DNA of 64,000 nucleotides from an uncultured delta proteobacterium (lineage in GTDB: Bacteria > Desulfobacterota > Desulfobacteria > Desulfobacterales > UBA2156). The position numbers were made by a program, and so were the translations under genes. Within the stretch, counting starts at the first letter, position 1, and each line of letters begins with the position of its first letter. Under the pieces are notes generated by a model that was given only the letters and a program-made list of their open reading frames with translations, was not told the DNA's origin and searched no databases. Shown here one piece after another: positions 1 to 10,013 of this stretch. The DNA is taken from the NCBI GenBank assembly GCA_963736855.1, contig CAVTQK010000020.1:64001-128000 (forward strand). The letters are read 5' to 3'.

Positions 1-507
1 TTCAAGCGCCTTCCCGATGACAGCGGCCAAGGCCGCATTCGAGTGCTGGGATTCGGAGCCTCCCCTGAGGATGACCGCATTTCCGGCTTTAAGGCACAGC
101 GCCGCCGCATCCACGGTGACATTGGGCCTAGATTCGTAGATAATCCCGATGACACCCAGCGGGATTCGGACTCGGGACACCTGAATTCCATTGGGCCGCA
201 TCCAGGTTTTCACTACCGCACCTACCGGGTCCTCGAGGCCGGCCACCTCTCTCAATCCTTGCGCCATGCTTTTAAGGGTCGCCTCCTTAAGGGTCAATCG
301 ATCCATCATGGCCTTACTCAGGCCGGCTTTTGCAGCCCCATCCAGGTCTCTTTGGTTTTCGGTCTTGAGAAAAGGAGCTTCCCCTTCGATACGATCGGCA
401 AGACGAATCAAAGCCCTGTTCTTTGCTTCGGTATCACATCGAGACATCCGTATAGATGCCTTTTTAGCCGATTGAGCCATCTGTAAAACAAGAGTTTCAA
501 TATTCAT
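1..507 (-). CDS. proA: Gamma-glutamyl phosphate reductase (glutamate-5-semialdehyde dehydrogenase), 5' part; runs off the window edge
   Basis: Manual translation from ATG at 507: MNIETLVLQMAQSAKKAS...RPNGIQVSRVRIPLGVIGIIYESRPNVTVDAAALCLKAGNAVILRGGSES, the ProA signature. Lies downstream of proB. Absent from the ORF track because there is no stop in the window. Confidence 0.95.
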   Translation of the reverse strand, partial: MNIETLVLQMAQSAKKASIRMSRCDTEAKNRALIRLADRIEGEAPFLKTENQRDLDGAAKAGLSKAMMDRLTLKEATLKSMAQGLREVAGLEDPVGAVVKTWMRPNGIQVSRVRIPLGVIGIIYESRPNVTVDAAALCLKAGNAVILRGGSESQHSNAALAAVIGKALE

Positions 508-524
508 GCGTCACCTTTATTGTT

Positions 525-679
525 TGATGGCTTCGTAAAAAGTCCATCTGCTGCGTTGCACTGCATCCTTCGTCATTGCGGCGTACCCATATGTACGCCT
601 CATTCCTCAGGATTTGCGCGCCTTGCATCTGAAGCTTTTTACTTTGCCATCCCAATTTTGAGTTTTTACGATTTCATCA
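525..679. mobile_element. MITE-like non-autonomous element, copy 1 (~155 bp)
   Basis: Terminal inverted repeats TGATGGCTTCGTAAAAA ... TTTTTACGATTTCATCA, flanked by direct repeat TTGTT (520-524 and 680-684). Internal hairpin GGCGTAC-N6-GTACGCC. Both ends are shared with the element at 48265-48460. Confidence 0.8.
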
Positions 680-1842
680 TTGTTCGATGCGATTTTTTCC
701 GGCATCATTCCCACCGGATCTTCGACAGTTAAAACCAGATTATCCCGGTGAACGACCTCATCATACGGTTTATGTCCCAGGCGATCTTTGATCTGGTTGG
801 TTTTTAACCCCATGATTTTGCGTATATCCGCCGAGCTGTAGTTGACCAACCCGGTCCCCAACATCCGATCATTCAATGAAAAAGCTACCGGCGCGCCGAC
901 CTGGAAATCTCCCTCCACACCCACAATGCCGCTGGGCAAAAGGCTCTTTCCCCCCTTGATGATGGCGTTTGCCGCACCCTGATCCATGCAGATAATTCCC
1001 TTGGGTTTGAGGTTGAAGGCAATCCATGATTTCCTGCCGGAAAATTTATTGTTTTTCGGCACAAAAAAGGTCCCCAATTCTTCTCCGGACATTAAATTCA
1101 GGAGGACATCCGGGTGATTTCCGTTGGCGATCACCATGGGAATGCCGGCCGATGTGAGTTTTTTTGCCGCCTCAATTTTGCTGACCATGCCGCCGGTTCC
1201 CGACGACCCGGGAAGGTTTCCGGCCATTTTTTCAACCTCTTTGGTGATATGGGTCACCATGGGAATCAGCCTGGCATCCGCTTTTGAGGTGGGATTTTTC
1301 GTATAAAGCCCGTCGATATCGCTGAGAACGATTAGAATATCGGCGTCCATCATGAGGGTGATGAGGGCAGCCAGGTTGTCGTTGTCGCCAAACTGGATCT
1401 CCTTTATGGAAACCGTGTCATTCTCATTGATAATGGGGAGTACCCCCCACGACAGGAGTGTATACAGAGTGTTTCTGGCATTGAGATACCGTTTCCTATT
1501 GGAGAGGCCGTCATTGGTTAAAAGGATCTGGGCCACTTTCTTGTGGTACTTTGAAAAGGCTTTTTCATATTCCATGATCAGACCGGCCTGACCGACGGCG
1601 GCCACTGCTTGACGCATAGGAAGTTCGTCCGGCCGCCTGGGAAGACCGATCTTCCGGATCCCGGCCGCCTGAGCGCCGGATGAAACCAGCAGGACTTCCC
1701 GTTGTTGTCCGATGATGCGATGGACCTGTCGGCTAATGGATCGAATAGCCTTGAGGTTGAGACCGGCAGGACCGGTCAGGATGCTGCTTCCCACCTTGAC
1801 AACGATGCGTTTCGAGTTCGAAAAACACGTTGCTCGATCCAT
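607..1842 (-). CDS. proB: Glutamate 5-kinase with PUA domain
   Basis: KRIVVKVGSS, VSSGA, PIINENDTV, FGDND and GTGGMVSKIEAA motifs plus a PUA domain ending EVVHRDNLV. Start placed at ATG 1842. The C-terminal tail reads into the MITE. Confidence 0.95.
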   Translation of the reverse strand: MDRATCFSNSKRIVVKVGSSILTGPAGLNLKAIRSISRQVHRIIGQQREVLLVSSGAQAAGIRKIGLPRRPDELPMRQAVAAVGQAGLIMEYEKAFSKYHKKVAQILLTNDGLSNRKRYLNARNTLYTLLSWGVLPIINENDTVSIKEIQFGDNDNLAALITLMMDADILIVLSDIDGLYTKNPTSKADARLIPMVTHITKEVEKMAGNLPGSSGTGGMVSKIEAAKKLTSAGIPMVIANGNHPDVLLNLMSGEELGTFFVPKNNKFSGRKSWIAFNLKPKGIICMDQGAANAIIKGGKSLLPSGIVGVEGDFQVGAPVAFSLNDRMLGTGLVNYSSADIRKIMGLKTNQIKDRLGHKPYDEVVHRDNLVLTVEDPVGMMPEKIASNNDEIVKTQNWDGKVKSFRCKARKS

Positions 1843-1844
1843 CT

Positions 1845-2846
1845 TCAAGAGCAAGCTCCTTGCTGTAATTTATAAATGATATCCTTCAAGGCCTCAATTC
1901 CCCGTCCCGTCCGGGCGGAAATCCGGATCGGTCGAATCGGTCGGATAGCCTTTTCGAAGGCATCGGCATGAGGTTCGGCATCGGGAAGATCCATCTTGTT
2001 GAGAACCACCAGTTGTTTTTTCTGCGCCAGTGCCGGGTGATAGGAAATAAGTTCTCGATTGACCATTTCATACGCGGCAACCGTATTTAAAGGGTTGACG
2101 GCGGCCGCATCGATCAGATGCACCAGAACCCTGGTCCGTTCGATGTGTTTTAAAAACCGTATCCCCAACCCGGCGCCTTCATGGGCACCTTCGATGAGGC
2201 CGGGAATGTCAGCCACGATAAAGGGGTCTCCATGTTTCGGATACACCACACCCAGGATGGGGACTAAAGTCGTAAATGGATAATCCGCTACCTTTGGTTT
2301 GGCGGAGGAGATGGCACGGATGAGAGTGGATTTTCCGGAATTTGGCAGGCCCACGATCCCCACATCGGCAATGAGTTTTAATTCGAGCCGGAAGGCTCTG
2401 GTTTGGCCGGTCTCTCCAGGTTGAGAAAATTTGGGGCTCTGGTGTGTGGAGGTCTTGAAGTGAGCGTTTCCCTTTCCTCCTCGCCCCCCCTTGGCGACGA
2501 TGATTTTTTCTCCGGTTTTCACCAAATCCTCAAGGATCTGGTTTGAATCGAGGTCTCGGACCACGGTCCCCGGTGGGAGCATAATAATTAAATCCGAACC
2601 GCTCTTACCGGATCGGTTTTTCCCGGCGCCGTTACGGCCTGCCGGGGCCTTGAAGTGGGTTTTGTTGCGGAAATGATACAGAGTGTTCTTCTCGGATGAG
2701 GCCAACAGGATGACGTCGCCGCCCCTGCCTCCGTCTCCTCCGTCAGGACCTCCTTTGGGTATAAACTTTTCCCGGCGAAAACTTACACAACCGCTTCCGC
2801 CTTTTCCGGATTCAACGGATATGATCGCCTCATCGATGAATTTCAA
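1845..2846 (-). CDS. obgE: GTPase ObgE/CgtA
   Basis: [43 protein letters not shown]; canonical position after rplU-rpmA. Confidence 0.97.
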   Translation of the reverse strand: MKFIDEAIISVESGKGGSGCVSFRREKFIPKGGPDGGDGGRGGDVILLASSEKNTLYHFRNKTHFKAPAGRNGAGKNRSGKSGSDLIIMLPPGTVVRDLDSNQILEDLVKTGEKIIVAKGGRGGKGNAHFKTSTHQSPKFSQPGETGQTRAFRLELKLIADVGIVGLPNSGKSTLIRAISSAKPKVADYPFTTLVPILGVVYPKHGDPFIVADIPGLIEGAHEGAGLGIRFLKHIERTRVLVHLIDAAAVNPLNTVAAYEMVNRELISYHPALAQKKQLVVLNKMDLPDAEPHADAFEKAIRPIRPIRISARTGRGIEALKDIIYKLQQGACS

Positions 2847-3097
2847 GCCGGAATGACACTGACTTTCCTGCGCGTTTTTCCCAGTCGCTCGTATTCAACA
2901 ACCCCATCGATTGTAGCAAAAAGGGTGTAGTCTTTCCCCATTCCCACGTTGTTTCCCGGATGAATTTTTGTCCCGAGCTGTCGAATCAGGATATTGCCGG
3001 CTTTGACGCGGTTCCCGCCGTAACATTTGACTCCGCGCCTCTGCCCATGGCTGTCTCGCCCGTTTCGCGAACTTCCGCCTGCTTTTTTATGTGCCAT
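2843..3097 (-). CDS. rpmA: 50S ribosomal protein L27
   Basis: [17 protein letters not shown]-terminus. Confidence 0.98.
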   Translation of the reverse strand: MAHKKAGGSSRNGRDSHGQRRGVKCYGGNRVKAGNILIRQLGTKIHPGNNVGMGKDYTLFATIDGVVEYERLGKTRRKVSVIPA

Positions 3098-3115
3098 CGT
3101 TTGACTCCCGAATAA

Positions 3116-3427
3116 CTATGCTTGAATCTGGTCGATTCGAATTGCCGTGAACTGCTGGCGATGACCCTGCTTCCATCGATAACGTTTACGTCGTTTATAC
3201 TTAAAGACAATGATTTTTTCGCCCTTGCCCTGCTCGGCAATATGTCCGTGGATCTTCACATGATCCAGATATGGCCTTCCGACGCTTAAGTTCTGTCCGT
3301 CCGAGTACAGGAGCACCTGATCGAAAAAGATCGGAGCGCCCACATCCCCAGGCAGCTTCTCCACCCTGAGTGTCTGCCCCTCCTGGACTTTATATTGCTT
3401 TCCTCCTGATGAAACCACTGCGTACAT
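3116..3427 (-). CDS. rplU: 50S ribosomal protein L21
   Basis: MYAVVSSGGKQYKV...KQGHRQ; start ATG 3427 preceded by GGAGG. Confidence 0.98.
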   Translation of the reverse strand: MYAVVSSGGKQYKVQEGQTLRVEKLPGDVGAPIFFDQVLLYSDGQNLSVGRPYLDHVKIHGHIAEQGKGEKIIVFKYKRRKRYRWKQGHRQQFTAIRIDQIQA

Positions 3428-3467
3428 GGATCTCCTCCGCAACCTTTGAAAACGATTTAAAAAACGA

Positions 3468-3496
3468 ATTATCAAATTTTGAGGAGATTTTGTCAA
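3468..3496 (-). promoter_or_regulatory. Putative sigma-70 promoter for rplU-rpmA-obgE-proB-proA
   Basis: TTGACA-N17-GATAAT on the minus strand, about 40 bp upstream of rplU. Confidence 0.6.
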
Positions 3497-3560
3497 GAAA
3501 AAATTGAATCGGCGTTTTTTTTGCGATATGATTCAAGAAAATAACTTGATAGAGGCGGTC

Positions 3561-4004
3561 ATGCGGATTGTATCCCTTGCTGTTAGCCGGAAAAAGGGGG
3601 TTCGAAAACAGATGGTAGATCGAGTCGTTATGATCCCGGATCATGGGATCGAGGGGGATGCGCATGCAGGCGCCTGGCACAGACAGGTCAGTTTCCTTGC
3701 TGCGGAAAGCATCGAGAAGGCCAGACAGACAGGCCTTAAAGTTTCTTTCGGCGATTTTGCAGAAAATATCGCCACGGAAGGAATCGATTGGAAGGCGGTT
3801 TCTGTCGGAACCCGTTTCAGACTGGGAGAAAGCGTCCTCGTGGAGATCACCCAGATCGGAAAGGAATGCCATAAACGGTGTGCCATTTACTATCAGGCCG
3901 GAGACTGTATTATGCCGAAGGAAGGCGTTTTCGGTCGTGTTGTTCAAGGAGGAACCCTTCATTGTGGAGACAGCATCCAAATCGTTCAAGGTAAAAAGAA
4001 TTAG
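3561..4004 (+). CDS. MOSC domain-containing protein (molybdenum cofactor sulfur carrier-like)
   Basis: GIEGDAHAG, RQVSFL, FAENI, EITQIGKECHKRCAIY...CIMPKEGVF. Start ATG 3561 after GAGG. Confidence 0.85.
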   Translation: MRIVSLAVSRKKGVRKQMVDRVVMIPDHGIEGDAHAGAWHRQVSFLAAESIEKARQTGLKVSFGDFAENIATEGIDWKAVSVGTRFRLGESVLVEITQIGKECHKRCAIYYQAGDCIMPKEGVFGRVVQGGTLHCGDSIQIVQGKKN

Positions 4005-4055
4005 GATGCTTTTTATCCTATCACCTGTCCATCGACTGGAAACTATGGAATCACC

Positions 4056-4853
4056 ATGAAACCGGTTTCGAATTATGACCTTACCTGGCGTCTCGGCAAC
4101 CAGGTGGCCCGTATCCCAGGCGCCGTAATCAGCGAAGAGCCCCTGTCCATCCGGATCCAAGGGAATCCCTATTCGGTCATCATGCGAACTCCTGGGGATG
4201 AGATCTCCCACGCGGCCGGGTTTTGCCTCGGCGAAGGGATCGTGGACACCCCAGACGACTTTGCATCCATCGGGTTCTGCGACAACCAGGACACCAACGT
4301 GGTCACCGTTACCCTGAATCCGTCCCGGCGCTCCCTGATTGCCGACCTCCTTAATCGGCGAGGATTCATCAGCCAGACCAGCTGCGGCATATGCGGCAGG
4401 GAACTGGTGGGTGAGCTTTTCCAGATGATCCGACCGGTCCAAAGGGAGGTGCGCATCCCCATGGAGACGGCTCTGTCCCGTCTTTCCAGGCTTTCCGACC
4501 TGCAACCCTTGCGGAAGACCACCCGATCCTCCCACGCGGCGGCTATTTTCCAAACGGAGGAGGCTCCCTTGTCCATTGCGGAAGATGTGGGCCGCCACAA
4601 TGCGCTGGACAAGGCCATCGGCAAGCTTTTTTTGCAGCAAAAGCTACACCTGGCCGAAATGGTGATTCTGTCTTCGCGGATCAGCTACGAGTTGGTTCAG
4701 AAAACGGCCCGGGCCAAGATTCCGGTTCTCCTGGCGGTGTCGCGACCCACCTCACTGGCGGTGGAATTGGCCTCACGACTGAACATGACGCTCGGGTGCC
4801 TCTCAAAAGATGACGGGCTTTATCTATATACCGGGGAACATCGGATAATCTAG
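4056..4853 (+). CDS. fdhD: Formate dehydrogenase accessory sulfurtransferase
   Basis: EEPLSIRI, MRTPG, SCGICG, EDVGRHNALDKAIG, SRISYELVQK. Confidence 0.93.
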   Translation: MKPVSNYDLTWRLGNQVARIPGAVISEEPLSIRIQGNPYSVIMRTPGDEISHAAGFCLGEGIVDTPDDFASIGFCDNQDTNVVTVTLNPSRRSLIADLLNRRGFISQTSCGICGRELVGELFQMIRPVQREVRIPMETALSRLSRLSDLQPLRKTTRSSHAAAIFQTEEAPLSIAEDVGRHNALDKAIGKLFLQQKLHLAEMVILSSRISYELVQKTARAKIPVLLAVSRPTSLAVELASRLNMTLGCLSKDDGLYLYTGEHRII

Positions 4854-4866
4854 AAAAAGCAGATGC

Positions 4867-4900
4867 AAAAAATGGGGCCCCTAGCCGTCTGCAGGGGCCC
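4867..4900 (-). terminator. Probable intrinsic terminator between convergent fdhD and dsrP
   Basis: Stem GGGCCCCT/AGGGGCCC (4875-4900), followed by a T-run on the minus strand. Confidence 0.55.
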
Positions 4901-4927
4901 TCGTGTTTCTAAAAATTCGACTGATTA

Positions 4928-6109
4928 TTAAGAAGCGACGCCGGCCACTTCCTCCTTGACCGTAACGGCGATCTTGAAGAGTACGGTCAACACGAAAAAG
5001 CCGGTGGCCCATACTCCCAACGTAATCAGGATCTCCGGTATCGTCGGCACATACTCGTTGACATGATGAAGGGGGGAGGGCACGAATCCGCCGGAAATCA
5101 TGCCGAGTCCCTTGTCGATCCACGTGCCGGTAAAAACAGTGGCACAGGCAATGGCCAGGATACTTTCATTTTGTCGCGTGGACGGGATCACCAGCAGGAT
5201 GATGGAAATGATCATGAGAGCCAGCGAGGTCCACATCCATGGAACCAGGGCGCCTTTTCCGTGCAATCCCACAAAGAGGTATTTGAAATGATCCATGTGC
5301 TCCGGAATCTTGCTGTAAAAGACGACAAAAACCTCACAGAGGAGGAAAAAGACGTTGATGGAGATTGCATAAGCCACGATCTTAGCCAGGGATTGGATCT
5401 GTTCTTTTCCAGGATCGAATTTGGTCAGTTTACGCACGATAAGGCAGAGCAGGATCAATAAGGACGGCCCGGACGCAAAGGCGGAAGAAAGGAACCGGGG
5501 AGCCAGAATGGCGGTGAGCCAGAACCCTCTTCCGGGAAGGCCGCAGTACAAAAATGCGGTGACCGTGTGAATACTCACCGCCCAGGGAATGGAAAGGTAG
5601 ATCAGGGGTTTGATCCAGGAGGGCGGAGCTACGGCATTGCGTTCAGCCTCTAAAATCTTCCAGCCGATGACGATATTCAGTAAAAGATAGCCGTTCAGAA
5701 CGATCATGTCCCAAAACAGGACGGAGTTGGGTGTGGGATATAGGAGCACATTGAGTACCCGCATCGGTTGCCCGAGATCCACAAAAATAAACAGGATGCA
5801 CATGGTCACCGAAGCCACGGCAAGGAATTCCCCAAGGATCGTGATCTTTCCGAAGGCTTTATAATGATGAAGATAATAAGGAAGAACGAGCATCACCGCC
5901 GAAGCAGCCACTCCGACCAGGAAGGTGAACTGGGCGATATAAAACCCCCAGGTCACGTCCCGACTCATGCCCGTGATCCCCAAACCGAATCTCAGCTGCC
6001 ATATATAAAAGCCGAATCCGATTCCGATGACGGCAAGAAGCGCCATCATCCACCCATAATACCGCTTGCTTCCTTTAAAGGCTTTTTCAAGCATAACCAC
6101 CTCATACAA
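4928..6109 (-). CDS. dsrP: DsrMKJOP complex NrfD-like membrane subunit
   Basis: Polytopic protein with ITGMSRDVTWGFYIAQFTFLVGVAAS and VDLGQP; last gene of the dsrMKJOP order. Confidence 0.93.
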   Translation of the reverse strand: MYEVVMLEKAFKGSKRYYGWMMALLAVIGIGFGFYIWQLRFGLGITGMSRDVTWGFYIAQFTFLVGVAASAVMLVLPYYLHHYKAFGKITILGEFLAVASVTMCILFIFVDLGQPMRVLNVLLYPTPNSVLFWDMIVLNGYLLLNIVIGWKILEAERNAVAPPSWIKPLIYLSIPWAVSIHTVTAFLYCGLPGRGFWLTAILAPRFLSSAFASGPSLLILLCLIVRKLTKFDPGKEQIQSLAKIVAYAISINVFFLLCEVFVVFYSKIPEHMDHFKYLFVGLHGKGALVPWMWTSLALMIISIILLVIPSTRQNESILAIACATVFTGTWIDKGLGMISGGFVPSPLHHVNEYVPTIPEILITLGVWATGFFVLTVLFKIAVTVKEEVAGVAS

Positions 6110-6893
6110 TGTAGTAGATAGCCGGGCCGGTGCCCAGGGCCTGTTTTCGCCGAATAGTGAAGTTTTCGCGTAAAAGCTTTCTGACCTCGGACTCGGGGTT
6201 CTCCAGATCGCCGAAGACTAGCGCGCCGTTGGAGGCCTCCACGCACGCCGGCATCTGGCCTACCGCCAGCCGCTCCTCGCAGAAATTGCACTTCTCGACT
6301 ACCCCTTTCATCCGGGTGGGAAACTTCGGATTGGTCTCTTTGATGAAGGGGCGGGGATCCCTGAAATTGAAGCTTCGCGATCCATAGGGACAGGCGGCCA
6401 TGCAAAACCGGCAGCCGATGCACCGGTGAAAGTCCATTAAAACGATGCCGTCATCCCGTTTGAAAGTCGCCTTAGTGGGACATGCCCGTACACAGGGCGG
6501 GTCCTCGCATTGGTTACAAAGCACCAGAAAAGGCAAATGTTCGATGCGTTCGGGAAGAAACCGAAGCTCCTGGTCAGGAAAGGCGTGCTTGAATTCTTCT
6601 TCCCAGATCCATTTGATCTCGTGGCGCTTATTGTCGATTAAAGGGACGTTGTGGATTTTATGGCATGCCTCGATGATCGGCCGGAGATCTTCTTCAGACT
6701 CAAACTTACGGGTATCGATGACCATGGCCCACTGTTTGGCCTTCAGCGCCTTCTCGTTCCTATAGACCTTTTCGGCGGGCGCTTCACCGTGTCCCCCGGA
6801 AGCGGCTAAAAGGTCGGCAACCGGCTTGAGCAGTCCTGTCCCAAGCGCAGAAACTCCGGCGACTTTTAAAAAGCTTCTTCTGCTGCTTTTCAT
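6102..6893 (-). CDS. dsrO: DsrMKJOP periplasmic 4Fe-4S ferredoxin subunit
   Basis: Tat signal SRRSFLK; CNQCEDPPCVRACP, CIGCRFCMAACP and KCNFC motifs. Confidence 0.93.
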   Translation of the reverse strand: MKSSRRSFLKVAGVSALGTGLLKPVADLLAASGGHGEAPAEKVYRNEKALKAKQWAMVIDTRKFESEEDLRPIIEACHKIHNVPLIDNKRHEIKWIWEEEFKHAFPDQELRFLPERIEHLPFLVLCNQCEDPPCVRACPTKATFKRDDGIVLMDFHRCIGCRFCMAACPYGSRSFNFRDPRPFIKETNPKFPTRMKGVVEKCNFCEERLAVGQMPACVEASNGALVFGDLENPESEVRKLLRENFTIRRKQALGTGPAIYYIV

Positions 6894-7300
6894 TCCTTTG
6901 TCTCCTTCGGTTTTTCAATATGGCAGTCCCAGCAATAGGGGGCCACCGCAACATAGTTGTGGCACCGATCGCAAAACTCCGCTTTGTTTGAATGGCAATC
7001 GAGGCAGGTGTTGGAGAGGCTCATATCGAATCGCTTCCCGTCGCCGGTTTCATAGATGCGGTTGGTGTTGCGGACCACGGTGTTCCGCCAATCATTGAGA
7101 ATCTGCATATGCTCGGATTTCATGACATCCTTGGGACGGATGCATACCTTTTCCGCCTTTGCTTTTTCGGTGAGTTGGGGCTCCGGCGTGGGTGCGGCCT
7201 TCCCGTGATTGTACCAAAACGGGAGGGTTACCAGGATGACAAAAATGATGAGCCCGATAAAAACCTTGCCTCCGTCATAAAACGTCTTGGCGTTATTCAT
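6890..7300 (-). CDS. dsrJ: Triheme cytochrome c DsrJ
   Basis: N-terminal TM anchor and three CxxCH motifs (CLDCH, CDRCH, CWDCH); start ATG 7300 overlaps the dsrK stop. Confidence 0.93.
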   Translation of the reverse strand: MNNAKTFYDGGKVFIGLIIFVILVTLPFWYNHGKAAPTPEPQLTEKAKAEKVCIRPKDVMKSEHMQILNDWRNTVVRNTNRIYETGDGKRFDMSLSNTCLDCHSNKAEFCDRCHNYVAVAPYCWDCHIEKPKETKE

Positions 7301-8924
7301 CTTCCCCCTCCATTCCAGGCAGCGGTTCTTTGCGCAGGTTCGTGGTCCTCTCATGCTGGCCGGGAATATTCAGGGCATTGGCCACCAGCTCATGGACTCC
7401 GGTGACGTTGACTCCAGGAACCCAATACTCCATCGACGCCGTTAATACGGCCCGGTCGATAGCGCAGATGCAAGCCAGCATATTGACACCATGCTTCTCA
7501 TGAACGTACTTGACGGCATTGGCCCGAGGGAAACCCCCAATCATGCGAAGCTCCATGTTCTCTCCAGCGTTGAGGCCGGATCCGCTTCCACAGCAGAAGG
7601 TCTGCTCTCGGATGGTGTTGGACGGCATTTCAAAGAAATGGTTACAGACATTCTTGATGACGTATCGGGGTTCTTCCAAAATCCCCATGCCCCGGGAAGT
7701 GTTACAGGAATCATGGTAGGTGATGATAAGGTTGTCATTGCGGCTAGGATCCAGATCCAGCTTGCCGTGTTGGATCAGATCGGCGGTAAACTCGGCGATG
7801 TGGACCATTTTCGTCGATTTGGCGTTTTGAAATTTAGTTCCCGTGATGGGCGATACCGGCTCTTCCAGAAAATCGGCAGGCCCGTTCATGGTGTCCATGT
7901 ACTGATGAATCACCCTCCACATGTGGCCGCATTCCCCGCCCAGAATCCATTTCACTCCCAGGCGCTTGGCTTCGGCATACATCTTGGCATTGAGCCGCTT
8001 CATGGTTTCATGAGAGGTGAAAAATCCGAAATTCCCGCCTTCAGAAGCATAAGTGCTCCAGGTCACATCCAGCCCGTATTTTTCCTTTAAAAAATGGAAC
8101 AGCACGAGGTATCCCATGGCAGTGTACGTTCCGGGGTCGGCAAAGACATCGCCGGAGGGGGTGATGAAGAGAATTTCGGCGCCCTTCTTGTTGAGGTTGG
8201 GTTCTACGCGAACGCCGGTGACTTCTTCGATCTCATCTACGAAGAAATCGATCATATCCACAAATGCGTGGGGTTGAATCCCCAGGTGATTTCCGGTGCG
8301 GTAGCAATTGGAAACCGGGGTAGCGATCCAGTCGATGTTAAGCCCAAGAAGATTCATAAGCTCCCGGGCCATGATGGTGATCTCTGCGGTATCGATACCG
8401 TAAGGACAGAAGACGGAGCAACGCCGGCATTCGGTGCATTGAAAATAATAATACCACCATTCCTTTAATACATCGAGGGTCATTTCCCGGGCCCCGGCCA
8501 GCCGGCCGAAAAGCTTCCCGGCCATCGTGAAATCCCTCCGATAAACGGACCTTAAAAGTTCGGCCCGCAGCACTGGCATGTTCTTGGGATCCCCGCTGCC
8601 GATGAAAAAATGGCATTTATCGGCACAGGCCCCGCATCGGACACAGATGTCCATGAAGATTTTAAAGGTCCTGAATTTTTCAAGCCGTTCCCTCATCCCT
8701 TCGAAAAGGATCTCTTTCCAGTTGGGAGGAAGCTTCCAGTCCTGCTCCATCGGATTCCATGCCCGGGCGTAGGGAAACCCGAGGGTCTCCAGGCTCTTCG
8801 GGTTTGCCGCATAACAATACATCCCTTTGCGGATCTGGGCGGACGTGTCCATCCATCCGGTCTGGGGAGGCCGCGGTTTGATGTTGGCGATCAGTTCATG
8901 GGGTTTCAACAGGTCGTCTGCCAT
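7293..8924 (-). CDS. dsrK: DsrK, HdrD-like Fe-S/CCG catalytic subunit
   Basis: CVRCGACADKC, CTECRRCSVFCP, GECGH and FCCGSG motifs. Confidence 0.96.
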   Translation of the reverse strand: MADDLLKPHELIANIKPRPPQTGWMDTSAQIRKGMYCYAANPKSLETLGFPYARAWNPMEQDWKLPPNWKEILFEGMRERLEKFRTFKIFMDICVRCGACADKCHFFIGSGDPKNMPVLRAELLRSVYRRDFTMAGKLFGRLAGAREMTLDVLKEWWYYYFQCTECRRCSVFCPYGIDTAEITIMARELMNLLGLNIDWIATPVSNCYRTGNHLGIQPHAFVDMIDFFVDEIEEVTGVRVEPNLNKKGAEILFITPSGDVFADPGTYTAMGYLVLFHFLKEKYGLDVTWSTYASEGGNFGFFTSHETMKRLNAKMYAEAKRLGVKWILGGECGHMWRVIHQYMDTMNGPADFLEEPVSPITGTKFQNAKSTKMVHIAEFTADLIQHGKLDLDPSRNDNLIITYHDSCNTSRGMGILEEPRYVIKNVCNHFFEMPSNTIREQTFCCGSGSGLNAGENMELRMIGGFPRANAVKYVHEKHGVNMLACICAIDRAVLTASMEYWVPGVNVTGVHELVANALNIPGQHERTTNLRKEPLPGMEGEDE

Positions 8925-8927
8925 TGC

Positions 8928-9956
8928 TTACTCCTTTTCCTCTGAAGACCCGGGCGCAGGTTTCTTTTCAACGGGAAGCCCGGCATTGATCATCTTTTCC
9001 CTGAATTCTTCTTCGTACTCGTCGTAGGTGTGTATCTTGACCGGATAATTCCACGGGTTCACGTGGTGGACTTCACGGTTGTTGTTGGCCAGATTTCGCG
9101 TGGGGCTCATGAAGATCCCACCCAGATGCATCAGTTTGCTGAAGGGGAAATAGGCCAGCAGCACACAAACAAAAAAGAGGTGGCCGTAAAAGATCCCGTC
9201 CACAGTCTTAGGGATGACGGGTTTGAAGGTGACCAGTCCCATCGTCAACTCTTTGACACCCACGATATCGGTTTTGGTGATATATCTCATGAAAATCCCG
9301 GAGATGGCGATTCCCATGATCAGGAACAGTGGGAAGTAATCGGCTGCCAGGGAGATATATCTGACCTGGGAAATGAAAAGGCGGCGCAGAAAAAGGTAGA
9401 TAACCCCTGCTAAAAGCGCGAAACCGGATAGCAGGACACCCGGAAGGCCCAGCTGGAGGAAGCCGTCCAGGGCTTCCAGCCACTTGAGGGGTAACGGCAC
9501 CGGCTCGAGAAAGAATCGAAAATGCCGGATGATCACGGTTAAAAAGGAATAGTGAAATACGATGGCCCCCAGCCAAAGCCATTTTTCCCACTCATAGGAG
9601 AGTCGTTCCCCTTCCAGCAGCCGGGTCTTGGTATTTCGGAAAAGGGATCGAAAGAAAAGGATTTCCAATGCCATTCGAATAATCACCCCGCTTGTGGTGG
9701 ACGGGTTCTCGATGCATGCGGGTTTAATCCACGGAAGGCTTTTCTGTTGTCCGCAGGTGGATGGAATACGGAACGGGACCGGAGATCGGGTCCAGTTCAG
9801 CATGCGGTAGATGAATCCCGCCAAAAAAATGAGAAGGGCCAGGTACGGGACCACCACTCCGAAAAACGCCTGAAGCCCCACTGCCTCCGTGCCGAAATAA
9901 GCGATTAGAAAAAGGACAACGACTGTGATGAGGGAAGCAATGTAATTTAAATTCAT
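8928..9956 (-). CDS. dsrM: DsrM, NarI-like cytochrome b membrane subunit
   Basis: PVPFRIPSTCGQQKSLPW, YFPFSKLMHLGGIFMSPTRN; multiple TM helices. Confidence 0.95.
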   Translation of the reverse strand: MNLNYIASLITVVVLFLIAYFGTEAVGLQAFFGVVVPYLALLIFLAGFIYRMLNWTRSPVPFRIPSTCGQQKSLPWIKPACIENPSTTSGVIIRMALEILFFRSLFRNTKTRLLEGERLSYEWEKWLWLGAIVFHYSFLTVIIRHFRFFLEPVPLPLKWLEALDGFLQLGLPGVLLSGFALLAGVIYLFLRRLFISQVRYISLAADYFPLFLIMGIAISGIFMRYITKTDIVGVKELTMGLVTFKPVIPKTVDGIFYGHLFFVCVLLAYFPFSKLMHLGGIFMSPTRNLANNNREVHHVNPWNYPVKIHTYDEYEEEFREKMINAGLPVEKKPAPGSSEEKE

Positions 9957-10013
9957 TTACCGTTACCTCGCTTTCAGCCCCTTCCCGGTTCCCGATAAGG
10001 GATACCTTTCGGT

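Noticed and set aside
43..486. 147-aa plus-strand ORF
   Set aside because: Antisense shadow of proA, which is clearly encoded on the minus strand.
520..732. 70-aa ORF MFDGFVKSPSAALHC...
   Set aside because: Translation of the MITE sequence overlapping the end of proB; no evidence of a real gene.
3390..4640. 416-aa minus-strand ORF
   Set aside because: Antisense to the MOSC and fdhD genes, with no recognisable motifs.
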